Below are positions 1-16,152 of a stretch of 64,000 nt of DNA, one piece after another (the first letter of the stretch is position 1; each line of letters opens with the position of its first letter). Source of the DNA: the human T2T-CHM13v2.0 reference genome, Homo sapiens; NCBI RefSeq assembly GCF_009914755.1, contig NC_060937.1; one strand, 5' to 3'. A program made the position numbers and the translations under genes. Under the pieces are notes generated by a model. That model saw only the letters and a program-made list of their open reading frames with translations, searched no databases and was not told the origin of the DNA.

Positions 1-147
<147 letters not shown>

Positions 148-3100
148 TTAGTAACTAAATACAAAAAAACTATACTTATAGTAAAATACTTTATTTTCAG
201 TGCCTCGTATTTTCAACATGATCTATTTACATTTCTTAATAATTGAAAGAGATATTAACATTTCATTTCACCTGTGGCAATTTGGAAAGATTTATCAGGT
301 GCAGAGTCAGCATCCTGTCCAGGTTTCCCTTATTAAGGCAGTAAAAATCTTCTCTCTTTCACCCAACAAATCAAGAAAAGGATGCATGTGACTGTAGGCA
401 AGTATTTATACTCCTTTAATTCCAGCCACGATCAAAACAAATGGAGCTGCTCTAAAAAGTATCCCAAATAACTTATTTCATTTCAAAGAAAAGATGAAAG
501 GGCGTTCAGAATCCTAATTGAGTCCCCTCTGTTGGAATGAATAAGATTAAGAAAAGAAAACCACAGTAAAAGGCTAGTAATTCCAGCAAGGGCAATCTTC
601 ACGAAATGCCTCAAGGAAGCAGCTAAGTTTTCCATGTACATCAAAATACTTGATCCAGCAAGCCGAGGCTTGCATATTCTCCTGTTCTCACTCTGTGATC
701 ATCTGTTACTTGCTGCAGTAGTTTGAATCTTTTGCACAGCAAGGCACATCTCCACACATCAGGGGCACCGCTACTGTTCACACGTCACGTCTGCCTTCCT
801 TTGGAAAAAGTAGATTAACTTTGCGTTTCACTGCAACACAAAATGCAGATGTTTGGCCAGCTAAGCTGCAATATCAGCAATGATCACCTGGATCCAACAG
901 TTTTGGCAGAAGCAGGCAGTCAGATCCACCTATCTGAAAGACTGCATCTTTTCTGAGCAGAAAATATTCTTTTACGTTTTCTCCACACTCATAGCATGGA
1001 GTCTTATTCCCAGGAGCTGTTGATCAGGATCAAGTTTGGGCTGCCCTCTGGCAGGTATCCGAAGATTTGTGAGGTCACCTGTGATTGGGTTGTTAGGGCA
1101 AAAACAGCCATATGTCCCTCACAGATGTGGCTTTGCCCAGCTGTCATCTGGGACGGACATTTTCTTCCTAACTTAATGAAGCAGCTGTCCAGCCTTGGTC
1201 ACTTAGAGTTAAGTTAAAAACTTTGAGGCATCACAGCTGCAAAACACAACATCGGCCCCAGCCTAACTGTTCTTAGGCAAAAGAAAACCCTAAGTTGTAG
1301 TCTTACCACGTCAGCCATTCTGGTCATCCAAATGACAAGCAAATGTTTTTCATGAAAAGAAATCTGAGATGGAAACATCTAGTAGATGGTCTCGTTGATT
1401 TCCGAGGCAGAGCAGAATTGTTTACTTCCTTAATTCCATTTTGTTAACAATAACCTTTCTAAAATGCAAAATAATCTCCTGCTTTGATGTTCTGCTAGGT
1501 CCAAACATTCATTCTGTGTGCTTTGTGAGGTGATGCAGATTGTAATTTATTCAACCCACTTGATGCAGGAATTTTGTAGCTTTTTTCTTAAACACAGTAT
1601 CTACACCACCTAACTGTACTCAAAAGTTTGACAAAAGCAGATGTTGGTGGATTCAGTCATAAGTCCCATTTTAGTTCTAAATATGACCTTGTAATTCTCC
1701 TACATGTAGGAAAAGTTTTCTTTTCGAACATCTACATTTTAATAGAAATTCCATCTAACATATAGCCATAGACCAATTATATTTAATATGAATGAACAAT
1801 ATAGTTCAAAGTTTCAATAACTAAGAAAAAATCACTAAAAATCTTCCTTAAAATAAAGAAAATGAGTACTAATACAAAATGATTATTAAAAGTAATAATA
1901 AGTCTACGAAAATGAAAACCATTGAAATACATAGAACCATAATTGTGATGTTCTTTTTATTCCCTGTACAATGGTCTTTTAATCACTTGCACAGTGCCCC
2001 GCCCCGCTTTTTTTTTTTTTTTTTTTTGCTTTAAAAACCACACAGTAGGATTTTTGTGAACATAAAGAGGTTCAAGGGACACTCAGGAGAGAAAATAAGA
2101 GCTTAAAGACAAAGGCCAATTCCATGTAATTGAAACCATATCTAGACACAAGTACATTTGAAATGCTGCAAAAAAAAAATGTTTTTGCAGGTGAATAAAT
2201 GTCCAGTCCTCTAGTTTGGAATTCTGTTTAACTCACTGTCAGGCAGGGCAGGAAACAAGGTCACTCTGTTTTTTTTCTCTGTCAACACTTTGGGAGGAGG
2301 ATGGAGAAGAATATACTTCAGTGTTTCTTCTCCAGTGGGAGAGCCCTTCCCTCAGTGGTTTAAGAAGCCCTCTCTCAACGGGGACTCTTCATTAGCACCT
2401 GCTACGGCCTGAGCTACGTGCACCCTTATCTCTTACTGAGCCAGTTACACAGGGGCATGACTGAGGCCATGTGAAAATATAATTAAACCTTTGTTAAAAA
2501 TTCACAGATTGCTAAATACACCCATTTAAAGCCTGCACGCGCGCACACACGCACACACACACAGCCTCACAAAACCATCTCCAGAAAGTATTATTCCAAA
2601 TGGCAGCCATAAATCCACTTTGAACTAAATTTTTAATTAAAAGTTAGAAATCAGAAAGGCTTCTAACAAGTTCACGTTGAAAATGCCAAATCCTTGGCTT
2701 AGACTGCTCTCTGGATTGACTTGTTACTTGGCGTTCCTCCTTATTCTGACCATCTTTCAGAAAGGGCATGAGCAGGCTGCAAGCGCAGGCTTGGACAGGC
2801 TGGTCCAGCTAGTGGAGCTGTGGTGTAAGAACTTTTTGCCATAACTGTATTTTAAAGCCTCTATAAAATGTGACCCACACGTGAAGTGGGAGTACATTAA
2901 TTGTCAGTCAAGGAGTATTCACAACATGAGGTATGATTTAATGTTCATCCCTGGTCCTTTAAGTACTATAGATGTTCCCCCACATTTTAAACACTGAGGG
3001 GCTATTAAAGGGACAGGGATTAGTGCAAATTACCCAGTATGTAGTGCTTTCACTGTTTTAACTAAGCAATAAAACTGTGTAATTGTACAACACTAATTGA

Positions 3101-4779
3101 ATGCAGCTACACATAATTGTGGGCTGCCATATGTATCATATTACCATAAAGACTGTCAGTATTTTGTAAGCTACTCTTGGGATCATTGCAGATGGCTATA
3201 GTCGGAGAAGTTGTTCTCTAGGGTTTATTATATGGCTATAAAGACATCCTATGATTTGACAGACTAAATGTGTTAAATGGCAACAATTATGAAAAAGGTT
3301 CCAATTAAAACCTGAAGGCATATCCAACCAAGAACAGATATAACGAAAGGTCAGGTATGTAGATTTTGGGGCACACTGGTATTTTGCACAGGATTGTTTT
3401 TGAAAGGAGGGTTTTATTTTTGTTTCTTTTTTGTTTATTTGGGGTTTTGCATTAGCTACAACTTACTGAACAGTAGATCTTTAGGCATATGCTTGATTTC
3501 CCTTGGATGGGAAACTGAGACCATTTGGAAAAATTATTTGAAAAAATAAAACATTTAATATATAGTCATAAAATGCAGCTGGTGGCCATAAAACAATATG
3601 AAAATTCACAGATAACCTGAACCCAGTCAAAAGGTTTCTGAGATTCCCATAATATGGCACTAAAAGCTGACTAATGTAACAGATGTGTTGGAACAAACGT
3701 AATTCTCAGTGTTTCTACGAATCCAAGGGTAACCCTGATGAAACGTTGGCTAATGAATTATTAGTAACCACTGAAAACTATTTCACAGAGGAGCTCAGTA
3801 GGAACTAAAAATTATTTCACCAAATAGAATTGAACAAAAGTGGCATGAAATTGACAAAGCCATGAAAAAACGTCAATTTACTTTTTAACATATACGGTAT
3901 CCCTTTAAAAAGACATTGATTTTCCTCTTGCTACGGTATATGGCCTTTATGATGCTTTCTGAGGAAAATGGCTTAAATTTAAATCTTTAATCTTTAAGAA
4001 ATGAAATATAACAACATTTAAGCAGGGAGTTATTTTATAGAATGCATTTTATGGCCCATGTACTTTTGAATTAAATCTCCTGGAAAAACATAATAAAAAA
4101 ATTTATACCTACATGTAAAATATTTATGAAATCAAAAATTAAATGAAATAATAAAAATAATGAATGTTGTGCAGATGTTAGAAAGGAGTAAGTCAGAAGA
4201 GAGGTAATTAAACGAAAAAGTAAAATTGCTCTTCAATATTACACTGGAGATATCTGGGAAGATGGAGAAGTGAACGGAAACTCCAGGAAACCTGATTCTC
4301 ACCCTCAATTTAAAATAGTCATGAAACTATCTTAAAAGGAGTTCTATGCAGCTGCAGCGAGATACACAAAACATGCACATTCCGGATTCTGTTAGGAATT
4401 ATACATCCCAGGATTTTGCCAAAACTGTGGGAACTCAATGCCACTGCAATTTTAAAAAACGTTATTACATTTCTGTCACACAATTATTATCCAATATGTC
4501 ATAGTAGGAAAATGATCACTATAGACGAAAAGGAACTAAACTCACCCATAATCTTGACACTCAGAAATAAACACTGTTCATATTTTGGGACATGGACTTC
4601 CAGAGCTTTCTTTCTCTCCTTCCTATCCTTCTTTTTCCATTGAACAACATATCCTGAATGTTTTTCCGAAGTGAATCGCATATATCTATACAATTACTCT
4701 CAGTGGCTGCAGGATATTCCATATGGCACCATATTAGTAATCCCAACAGTTACTATTACCACTGTCATTTATTGTACAC

Positions 4780-4990
4780 ACAGGACATACCAGGCATTGT
4801 GATGAAGACTTCATGTGCATTTTGGCCCATTTGATCTTCATACCAGCCCTATTAATTTAGCACTCTTACTCATATTTTGCAGATGAGAAAATTGAGATTC
4901 GAAGATGTAAAGTAATTTACCCAGTGTTACACAGCAAATAAGTGGCAGGGCCAGAACTTAAACTCAGATATGTCTGAGTCCAAGAGTCTA
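4780..4990 (-). mobile_element. MIR
   Basis: ATTTTGCAGATGAGAAAATTGAG...GTAATTTACCCAGTGTTACACAGC core. Confidence 0.7.
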
Positions 4991-7027
4991 ACCAGGATGT
5001 CCTGCCACTACTGGTGGTCTAACCACCATTGTGCCACTATTTAATTCATCAGTGCCCTGAGATAACTTATCTCCATATATACCGTTTGGGTTTTTTTTCC
5101 TCATACTGCAAAACCCTGATGTGAACATCCCTCTGGATAGCTACATATCCAGTTTCTTCCTCTTAGGTTACATTTCTAGAAGTAGAATTACTTGGTCACA
5201 AGGCACACATGTTATTGAAGGTTTTGGTTATATATTACCAAATTGCCTCTCTGACAGGTTCCACCAAGTGACTCTCCCACCAACACATATGAGATAACTG
5301 TTATCCTCTTAACTTTGCCATCATTGTATGTTATTTTTAATTTTTGCTAGTCTGATAAGGCTGTGCCATTTTAGAAAGAAATGAGTGTCATCTCTTAATG
5401 ACAGCAGAAAGGAGCAGTGAATTAGACAAACACAGACCCACCAAGGTGACACAAGGTGAAAATCAATGTCTTCTTAAAGGGATACCTTTTCCTTCCTGTC
5501 CTCATCTCCCTGATGAAATCACAGGTCTTTGAACAAGAGGCCCAGTAAACACTTAGTACAGTAACTGGCCAATTACGGTACTAAATAATGCTTTGGGAAA
5601 ATGTTGCGTCTTCTATTTTCCCTCAACTTCCATGCAAATTCAGAGAGTAGAATTTTTTTTCTAAACACCCCCAAAAAAAGGATCGTTCAGTTTCTGCCCG
5701 GACACTCACAATGACTACAAGCTACCAGTAATAAAGGACATTTAAATTTCAAAGAAATTAGATTATTAAAAAGTTTTTCTAAAGTTAACCCTAAATCTCT
5801 TGCCCACTAATATCTTCTCTTTAATTTTAGTTCCATGCTGTCATATACAGTACAAGAAAGTTATCCCGTCCTCCATGTGGCAGCCTTTCCTATATTTGAT
5901 GAGAATCACCATGCCCCAAGTGGTACATCCCTTCTCTGGGTCAACCCCAGGCCCAGACAGAATGTGTTCAGAGTATTACCATAAGGGGTACCATGGTAAG
6001 CCACACCAAGGACTCTCCTGACTCTTTCAGGGAAAGAAGTCTAAGGGCATATGAATATTTTTAGCAGGCTTGTCATACTGAGACTCACACTGAACGAACA
6101 GCCTTCTCCAGGTCAACTAATAGCCTTTTGACCTGCAGTCAGGCCAAGTATTCCATTACTGTTTCTGAAATTGACAATAACACAACTACACCAAAACTAA
6201 CTTAGTCTCTAGGGATTTATGTTTATCTCTTGTTTAATTTCTTCTTACCAGTTTTGGACCTTTATAGAGCCAAAAATATTTTTGGATTTCACTTCTGTCA
6301 TTGGTATAATTCATCTTCATTTGAAGTCACTGGTAATGATGAATAGGGCAGGATTGGGGCCAGACTCACAGAAGATCACTGGCTCCCTTCCTTTGGGTAA
6401 CCTCCAATCCATTAGTCAATACACTCTGAGGGCTCAAGTTCTGTGTTTTTGTCCATGACCTCTAGACCCATTCTCTCTGTGGCACTCATCTTGTCCACCA
6501 GTGCAGTTAGCTATCCTATCACCAAATGGATTTATTTGGAGAATTAAGAGTCATGGGATTAAGGTGAAGGAAATATGTTATCTTGTGAGCATGGAATTGA
6601 AAACTAGGAAGAGCTGGAGCACAACCTGTCATCGTCATTTGGGTGGAACAGGACTAGCTTATTGCTAGATATAATCCACTGCGTGAAAACAAGGACCATG
6701 AGTTGCACGTGTCATTTTGATGGGCAGCTGGGAGCAGGCACAAACACTTGAACACAGAGTTTCTAGCCAAGGAGAGGCAGTTTTTCTCCTGCAGGGTCTT
6801 GGGGACTTTGGGAGGGAAAAGATTTTTGAATGTTTATATTTGAAGAAAACGACTATGTTTGTTTCTGGAATCTAATAAAAACTAGTGATGTGAGTTATAG
6901 TTTGGTTAGTAAAGATTTACTTTTCATAAGGAGGAGGCATCTGTGTACACATTTTTGAAAGACCTGCCCAGGTCCTTGAAAGAAACACAAGCTGCTACTG
7001 ATGGTTTTTATTGCTAAGGGTACAAGC

Positions 7028-7041
7028 TTGCCATCTAGTGG
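7028..7041 (-). promoter_or_regulatory. CTCF-like motif CCACTAGATGGCAA
   Basis: Matches CCASYAGRKGGCRS except at the last base. Confidence 0.5.
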
Positions 7042-9324
7042 TGACTTGTGTAAACTGAAGGTATTAATTTTTTTTTTTTTAATTAAGCAAAAAGTTCCTT
7101 TAGTCATGAACCATCATGGCATGCATACACACATACATATACACATACACACATACACGCATACATACACAGTGGTCCCATGCCTAAGCCCATCTGGAGA
7201 AGCATCATACTTTCTCCCACTGCTCAGTGAAGTTTACACTGAGGCCAGTGTGAGAACTCCGTCTAACAGGCCAGTTGGGAATGTTTTGGGCTTGCCAGGC
7301 GGCTCTGTCCTCTGTTCATAGAAGTATCACTCATTCACTCACTCACTCCACTCATCCACTCTGACGTCCACCTGTCCATACAATTATTAAGTACCAGGCA
7401 TGACAACCAGTAAAGCAACAAGAACCATGTAAAATCATGGGCATGATCAATTTGGGGGGAAAAACTTTAGTTAAATACAACAATAAATTTATAAGGGGTA
7501 TTTTTTATTGGGTCAGTGCCCAGTTTTCACCTAAAATGTGGCTGAAAACATCCCTGTAAGTCAAATCATATTTTCTCATCAAAATACTTTAACCCAACCA
7601 AACACTAGAGTTAAATAAATCATTCATACAATCAATATAGATCCTTAAGACCAGGCTACATTTTTATGCTGTTCTATAAGAATTAAAAATAAAAAACGCT
7701 AAAAGTTCTACATACACAATTATACTGTGTACAATGAAATCTATAGCTGAATTAGATATGTATTAAAAATACTTTGCTAGTTATAACAAATATTAATCTA
7801 ACACTTAGCTAACAAAAATCTTGTTGTCAGTCTTACAATTTAGAAGGGTTTTATAAGCCTTTTAATAACGTAGTAAAACAAAGTATGCTGTGAGGTCTTT
7901 TTATGTATTTGATAAGTTTCCCTATAATAAGTAAATGGATTCCAAATCTTTATATTAACTTTATTATAACATTTTCAAAAAATAGTCTATAGCTTTACAT
8001 TTTGCCATGAGGTGGCAAATCCATGCACAGGTGAATAGTAAAATTTCTAAAGCAATATAAAAAAAAAAGGGTTAAAAAGTGATTTTCACTACATATATTA
8101 TCGTTAGGCAGTTTTATTTTAAGGAATACTTTAATTTCATTTTTAATTACAAAGAAAGGGGAAATTTTCAAAAGAAAATTAATAGTTATGTTATCTTCAT
8201 CAAATCCCCTTAAAGATAAAGGCTTGAAGGAGGTACCTTCCTCAAGGTCATAAGACCAGGCAGTGGAAGAGTGAACCGCTTGGTTTTGAACTTTTGTCCA
8301 TCTGACTATAAATCCTGGGTGTGTGAGGGTCTACCTTCTGTGATGGTTCTCTTATTTCCACAACTCTCAATAGAATGTGAAATCAACAGTGGTCTCATGT
8401 GCAATTAGTGACATCATCCTAGTTTTGTTAAACCAGGACAGAATAAGTTGTGTTAAGTTTTGCTAAACTTATTTGAACTATTTTATCCTATAATAGACTT
8501 ATCCCTGCAAAATTCACCAACCCCTAATCCCTACCATCAGAAATCACTGTAAAGGAGAATAAAATCTCGTTAGTTTTTCATATAGATATTTTAAAACCAC
8601 ATTATAAATGACTGCAATTGTTTCTCCATATAGTTCAGCTTCTTAAATTAGAAGAGAAGGGAAAAAGAAAGGAGAGAACATTTTTTTTCTTTTGTGGTAA
8701 TTTAAAGTAAAATATATTTGAATGAGCATAATACATTAGAAGTATCACGTAAACTGTAATTTTAGTAAAAGTGCACTCCAATGTAATCACTTATGGCATT
8801 TACAGAAAGAGATAACACTTCAGCGAGGAGTAAGTGAACAATGGGTACACAAAACTGAGCAGCAAAAGCAAAAAGGAAAGAAAATGAAACTTTAATTTTC
8901 AGTCGCTGAAGTTTGGGAGCTTAGAGAAGTTTTTAAACAAAGGCCCAGTTGTAAGTCTGTTCCCATGAGACAATCCTACATAATTCAAGACACAGGAAAA
9001 ATGAGTGCAGATGAGAGAAAATTGCTGCAGTTGATGGAGGTAACTATGCAGAAGAATATGTTTAGGCTACTGTGAAGATGAGGAATTTAAGGTGCAATTA
9101 AGTCAGGGCTCAGTCACTTGACCTCAGCTGCCTTTTATTAGCCAGTAGCTACAAGATTACCAGCATAATTGCAATTAACTAATTGTGTGCATATTTGTTT
9201 CTTGAATGCTTATCTTTTCTGCTTCAGCGTCAACTTCATGAAGACATGTGTCTCTCTTGTTCCCTGGCACAGTACCTGACACATAGCAAGTACTCAGTTA
9301 ACCTCTCCTTAATGCAGAGCTTAC

Positions 9325-9560
9325 TGTAGTGTAGTAGTATGAGCTAAGGCTCTGGAAGTCAGAATTAGGTTGAGACCTTGGCTCTTCTACTTAAGAGCTG
9401 TGACAACCGTGGGCAGGTCATTTAACTTCTAGGTACCCATGTTCCTTACCTATGAAATGAAACAGTAATAGAACTTACCCAATGTGGTTGCTGTGAGGAT
9501 GAAACGAGATAATGACTGTAAAGACGTTAGCACAGGGCCAAGCACATAGATGGTTCTCCA
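9325..9560 (+). mobile_element. MIR
   Basis: GGGCAGGTCATTTAACTTCT...CCTATGAAATG...GTTGCTGTGAGGATGAAACGAGATAA core. Confidence 0.72.
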
Positions 9561-10403
9561 TCATGGCGGATCTTACTAGCTTTTATTTGTGTCATGGGAG
9601 TTGGGTGGCTCATCTGCTTTTAGACTTGAGTGTGTATGCGGGTTACCTGGGGGAGGTGGCTGCCTTGTGGATTTCTGCAAGCTGTCATCAGTCACTGGAT
9701 TCTGATTTGGTAGGGCTGCATCTAGGCCCAGAAATTTGCATTTTTAACAGGCATCTGGGAATAATTTTGATTCAGGGAGTCTTTAGACCACCCTGCAGAA
9801 ACACTACTTTAGAAAGAGAATCCTCTTTTCCCAGATTTCTGAAGAGACGGGCAAAGTAACAGAACTCATATATTTATACATAATGCTCAGGGGTGGATAA
9901 TGAAAGGAAGAACTAGCATCTTTGGGAAAAGATATATATATAAATATATGTATATATATATATATATATGCACAGTATATAGAAATGAAATATATTTCAT
10001 TAAATTCCAGCCTGAAGAGCCAGCAACATTTATATTACTCCCATATTTCCCAGTGAAGCACCCCATACTTAGTCTCTACCTCCTCTTTTTTTCCTATGTA
10101 TTCCCCTTAATAACTGGGTGAGGAAGGACCCCCATTTGCTTTTGTGGAGATCTCTCAAGGTTTCCCCAGAGATGTGGAGTAAATGAAAAGCAAACCAAAT
10201 AGTGTAAAGTTGGGGGAAGGATGTCTCCGTTTTTAAAAATTAGTCTTTTTCAAAATTGTTTTTATGCTAAGGGGCTAGAGTCTTAAAAACCAATTATAAT
10301 TTTTTTTTCTTTTAGGTTTTGGATCATATTATTGAGCTGTAAAGTTGGGAGACTCCAAAAAAGTCTAAAAGGGCTTCCTTTTTTTTTCCCCAAGTAAAAA
10401 CTT

Positions 10404-10654
10404 CTTTTTACTTTTCTTTTCTTTCTTTTCTCTCTCTCTTTCTTTCAAGACAGGGTCTCACTCTGTCACCCAGACTGGAGTGCAGTAGTGTGATCACAGC
10501 TCACTGCAGCCTTGACCTCCTGGGCTCAAGAGATCCTCCAGCAACCTCAGCCTCCTGAGTAGCTGGGACTACAGGCACACACTACGATGTCCGGCTAATT
10601 AAAAAAAATTTTTTTTGTGTAGAGATGGGGCTCTCACTATGTTGCCCCAACTGG
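10404..10654 (-). mobile_element. 5'-truncated AluJ-like element
   Basis: Alu similarity; flanked by TSD CAAGTAAAAACTT (10391 and 10655). Confidence 0.88.
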
Positions 10655-11006
10655 CAAGTAAAAACTTTCTAACATAAAAGTGCCTAAGATAAATGACATT
10701 TGTGTCTGTGTAACTTGTCGCTATCTTGTCCTAGCCCAAGGTGTTCAATACAGCCCTACCCTTCGCGAGTTCAATTCCCATTCTTGTGCCTGGTTTTTGT
10801 TTGCTAATAAATCAGGTGTTCTTAAGGGCGCATTAACTCATCTAGATCAACCTAAAAGGCTAGTTTCCAACTAGCTCCTGAAGGCTAACTGGAAATTAAC
10901 CTTTCAGGTAAATTTTTAAAAAAAGAAAGAAAAGAAAAAAGAAATATTCATATTCCTTCATGAGTGCTTGGAACTCAGGATGCCCTGTAGGTGGAATTCC
11001 TCTTAC

Positions 11007-11153
11007 CAGCAGGTTCTCTGGCTTGATATCACGGTGGACGATGTTCAGGCTATGCAGGTATTTGATGGCGCTGGCTAGGTTGTACAGCATCCCACTGGCG
11101 TCTCTCTCGGTGTATTTGTTAGTGGAAGTAATGGCATCAAAAAGGTCTCCCCC
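11007..11153 (-). CDS. DCLK1: DCLK1 exon 11 (147 nt): [49 protein letters not shown]
   Basis: HRDIKPEN catalytic loop. Acceptor ctcttctcag|GGG, donor CTG|gtaaga. The next exon is not in the window. Confidence 0.98.
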
Positions 11154-11633
11154 CTGAGAAGAGAACAGAAGCTGAAGCAGCACATTAACAGACGGGCCAG
11201 TGGGGCCACCTGCAGAGGCCATTGACAAACCCCAAAGGACAGGAAGAATGGATGTGGAATCTTTGGGTTCCTAAAGGCTTTTCCTGCTACTTTCCTTTCA
11301 AAGGCTCGAAGGCTGAATGGTGATTTCTCCACCCACTACAAAAACCAGTGGCATCTCCCCCAGAGCTCAAAGAAAGGGGCAGCGTGAGGATTCTCCACCA
11401 CCAGACACATGGCCATTTCCACAGATCCCAGCTAGGGGACGAGGAGATGCAGCTAGATCTCCAGGGCAGAGGACTGTGACACGTGAAGATCCCAGTGGCA
11501 TGTGCTACCTGCCTCACATTGACTGCCAGCCAGAGTTCAAATTTGTAATCCTTCACCTCCTCCAGTGAGGAACAGGTAATACTGCAAACTGCACACTGAA
11601 AATGTTCTACTGCCTAGTGAAATTATTAGGATG

Positions 11634-11660
<27 letters not shown>
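11634..11660 (+). repeat. (CA)n microsatellite
   Basis: Seen directly. Confidence 0.92.
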
Positions 11661-11665
<5 letters not shown>

Positions 11666-12462
11666 CCTTCATACACTAGATTTAGCTCTCTGAGAGTGGG
11701 CATAGTGTTTTCTTTTTCAATATTGTGCTCCTTTGTAAGGAACAGAGAAAAAGACCAGAAACTTCATTTCAAAGTTGAGTGAGAGAAGGAGGGAGGAAGG
11801 GGGGGAAATCTCAAAGAAAGTTTTCTAGGACTGTCATTCATCTGAACTTTTGTTTCCTTTGCTCCTTTTTAAATATATTGCTTTTTGGTAAAATGGAATG
11901 ATTTTTAAGTTCCAACCTAAGTTCCATTTATTCAAAAATCCTTTCAGAGAATTGGGGTCTGATTTACTATCAATATGTGCATCATGCTTGCCTACAGTGT
12001 ACCAAACCGCTATGCACAGTAACCAACTGTGATCATCTGTTACCTAATGCGCTAAGGAACTCAGTTTTCTTTTTAAAATAGCTAAAGCAAAAGATAGCCC
12101 CTGTAGGCTGATGATTTTCAAATCTGCCTCTCGGGCCTGGGCCCTCTGTGCCCCTGTACAGTCTCCACTCTGGAGACTTCTCTCACTGTCCCCCAAGCTG
12201 CAACGGTTCTCAAGCTAACCACACAAATTTTTTTTTTCAAAGCAAATAGTTTTTTCAACTTTCTGCTTCTCTCAAAGGTAAGGCTGCTACACACAGGTTT
12301 TCAGGTTGTCTCTGTGCCACTTGAGGAGGTGGGACAGTCACCGTGGTCTATGTGAACAGCACCCCTGGAGTTCCACCACAGGGCATGTGTGGCTGTATAT
12401 GGAGACCCTGCAAAGATTCCACCAGTCCCAGTTATCTGGGCTCCTGGCATCTTGTAATGTCC

Positions 12463-13103
<641 letters not shown>

Positions 13104-14079
13104 TAACATAGTGACCCTCACACTCCAGGATATTTCTTCCCTAGCCATCCAAACAGGCCAAGATCTCTGTCCTCAAGCCTGTCCTCATGACAGCGCCCTT
13201 CCTGAAGTGTCCCATCCCCTCCCCTTCAGTTTTCTAACTCCCGTTGCTCTCTCAGGGCCCAGCTGCAGGCCCAGCTCCTCCACGAGGCCTGCCTTCCTCT
13301 GAACACATAGGCAGCCTGCGTGTGCACCGCCTCTGGAGGCAGAAGGCTAAAGTCCTGTGCCTGATGAGCATGGAATTTCATTCTCATTAACTGCCGATCC
13401 ACTGCCGTCCGGAACATGAGCCTTGTTTGTCTGAGAGCTTCAGGCATTCTTTGGGACATCCCTGGGTCCTGAGGGTTTGAGAAGCATACCCCAGCCACAT
13501 GTCTCAGTGGAAAAGTCCTGGGAGTCTTTCAAGTCAAGCCTGGGGCTGGCCTTCACTTCCCTGGGAAGCTTCTCGAGCTGTCCTCAGGGCGTTCTGGGTG
13601 AGATTAAATCGAAGGGTATGGTCTTGCAGCACAATTGAGGGTCCCAGCGCTGGGCTACGGAGACCTTCTATGGCCTTTCTAGGGTATCTTGGTGATGTAG
13701 AGAGAATTCACAAAGGCAGTTAAGTGCAACGAGGACCTTACCATAGTCTCCTAACCAAGCACACGATTGACAGACTAAGATTTCTCACCAAATGCGTTTA
13801 GAGTGCCTGAGCCTTTGCCATCTTGAAATTTCATTTAGTCTCAGCACTCCAAAAATCAGCCAACAGTGGGGGTAAGTCAATAATAACGGGGGGTAATCAA
13901 ATTCTAACAGCACATAGAAGGGCAACAGAATGGCTTGAAGTTGTTAGTTTAAAAATTAACATTGTTGTAAAAAGACTCCTTGGTACTGGGGAAAGTATAA
14001 TTTACAATGTTGGTAAAAAGATAATTTAATAATAAAGCCCCAACGGGAAAATCTTCATATTTTTTCTTTATTCAAATGA

Positions 14080-14390
<311 letters not shown>

Positions 14391-14432
14391 CATGAGACAC
14401 TGCCCAGCCGACTTTTCTTTATTGGATTTTCA

Positions 14433-14966
<534 letters not shown>

Positions 14967-15215
14967 CTAATTTGAAGTAGACTAAAAATAAATTTCACCT
15001 ATAAATACAAATAACCACTAAGTTAAAAAAAATGCCGATATGTCTAAGGTGAAGCAATTCTAAATAACAAAAACTTAAAGACCCTAGAATGAACATTTTT
15101 CATATCATCACAGATTAGCTTACTAAATGCTTTCCTCGTCTTGAATTTTTAAAAGAGAAAACCTCACATTCAAGTCAGCAGTGTAGGGATTCCAAACATG
15201 CCCTGGGAGCCTGAG

Positions 15216-15229
15216 GCGCCCCCTGGCGG
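15216..15229 (-). promoter_or_regulatory. CTCF core motif CCGCCAGGGGGCGC
   Basis: Near-ideal match to the CTCF consensus, with CpGs retained in CpG-poor intron. Confidence 0.75.
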
Positions 15230-16032
15230 TGCTCACAGCTGATGCAGAAGGCGGTGCAACCAATTACAACATTCTCCAACTAAGGTAGACATTACTTACA
15301 CGTTCAGTTTGATGAATATACTAGAAAAGACTTGAGAACACAACAGCTTCATGAAAATGAAGCATGCCATTTTTTAAAACTTCTACTTCCCGAAAATGTC
15401 AAATGTATGGAAGGAGAGAGAACAGGTAAGAGACCTTTCATCTCCATTCAACCGTCATCAACAATTGGCTATCCCGATAGTTTGTTTTCATAGAATAAGA
15501 AGGTAATATTATGTGACAGGATGAGATTACGACATTCACTGAAAGTCAGTACACTATTCACATCATTATTAGGACAGTGCTATTTTCCCATTATGTTGGT
15601 GACTAAAAGTTTAAAGCTTGTTTTTACAAGATGGCTGGTACCTTTGGATATAGTTCATGGAAAAGTGAATGATTTTCCATTACAACAACGACAATTGTAT
15701 TGGTACCTAATGCTTTGTGTGTCACACAAACTGGTGGAAGCCATCTCTTCATCCCCACAATAACACCATTAAGCAGGTATTATTAATATTCTCACTTTAC
15801 ATATGTTGAAAGTGAGACATAAAGAGGTAGACCCAATGTCATGGGCCTCTTTGTGCCAAGGCTGGGACTTGAGCCCTTGTGTACCATTCTCCTGTGAACA
15901 TTCCTAATCACTGGGCCAATGTACAGAAATGAGAACCTGAATACTGATGGGAGAAAATAAGGGAAAGAGCTCTAGAATATAGGCAAGTGCGGTGCCATCA
16001 ATAAAGACTTACTTTCTTTCCAAAATACACAC

Positions 16033-16152
16033 CTTTACTAATTCCATGACAAGATACAGTTCAGTTGGCACATCCATCTCCTCAATCAGAAGAACGATAT
16101 TGGGATGCTTCACTCTTCTTAAAATAGACACTTCATTCTGGATCATGTGCTC
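16033..16152 (-). CDS. DCLK1: DCLK1 exon 10 (120 nt): [40 protein letters not shown]
   Basis: alphaC Glu, HPNIV and gatekeeper Met. Acceptor ttggacag|GAG, donor AAG|gtgtgt. Confidence 0.97.

Noticed and set aside
2761-2824. Plus-strand exon-like segment (ctttcag|AAAG...GT|gtaaga)
   Set aside because: No partner exon, promoter or meaningful ORF; plausible by chance.
10896-11228. 110-aa kinase-like ORF as a standalone gene
   Set aside because: It is DCLK1 exon 11 with read-through into the flanking introns.
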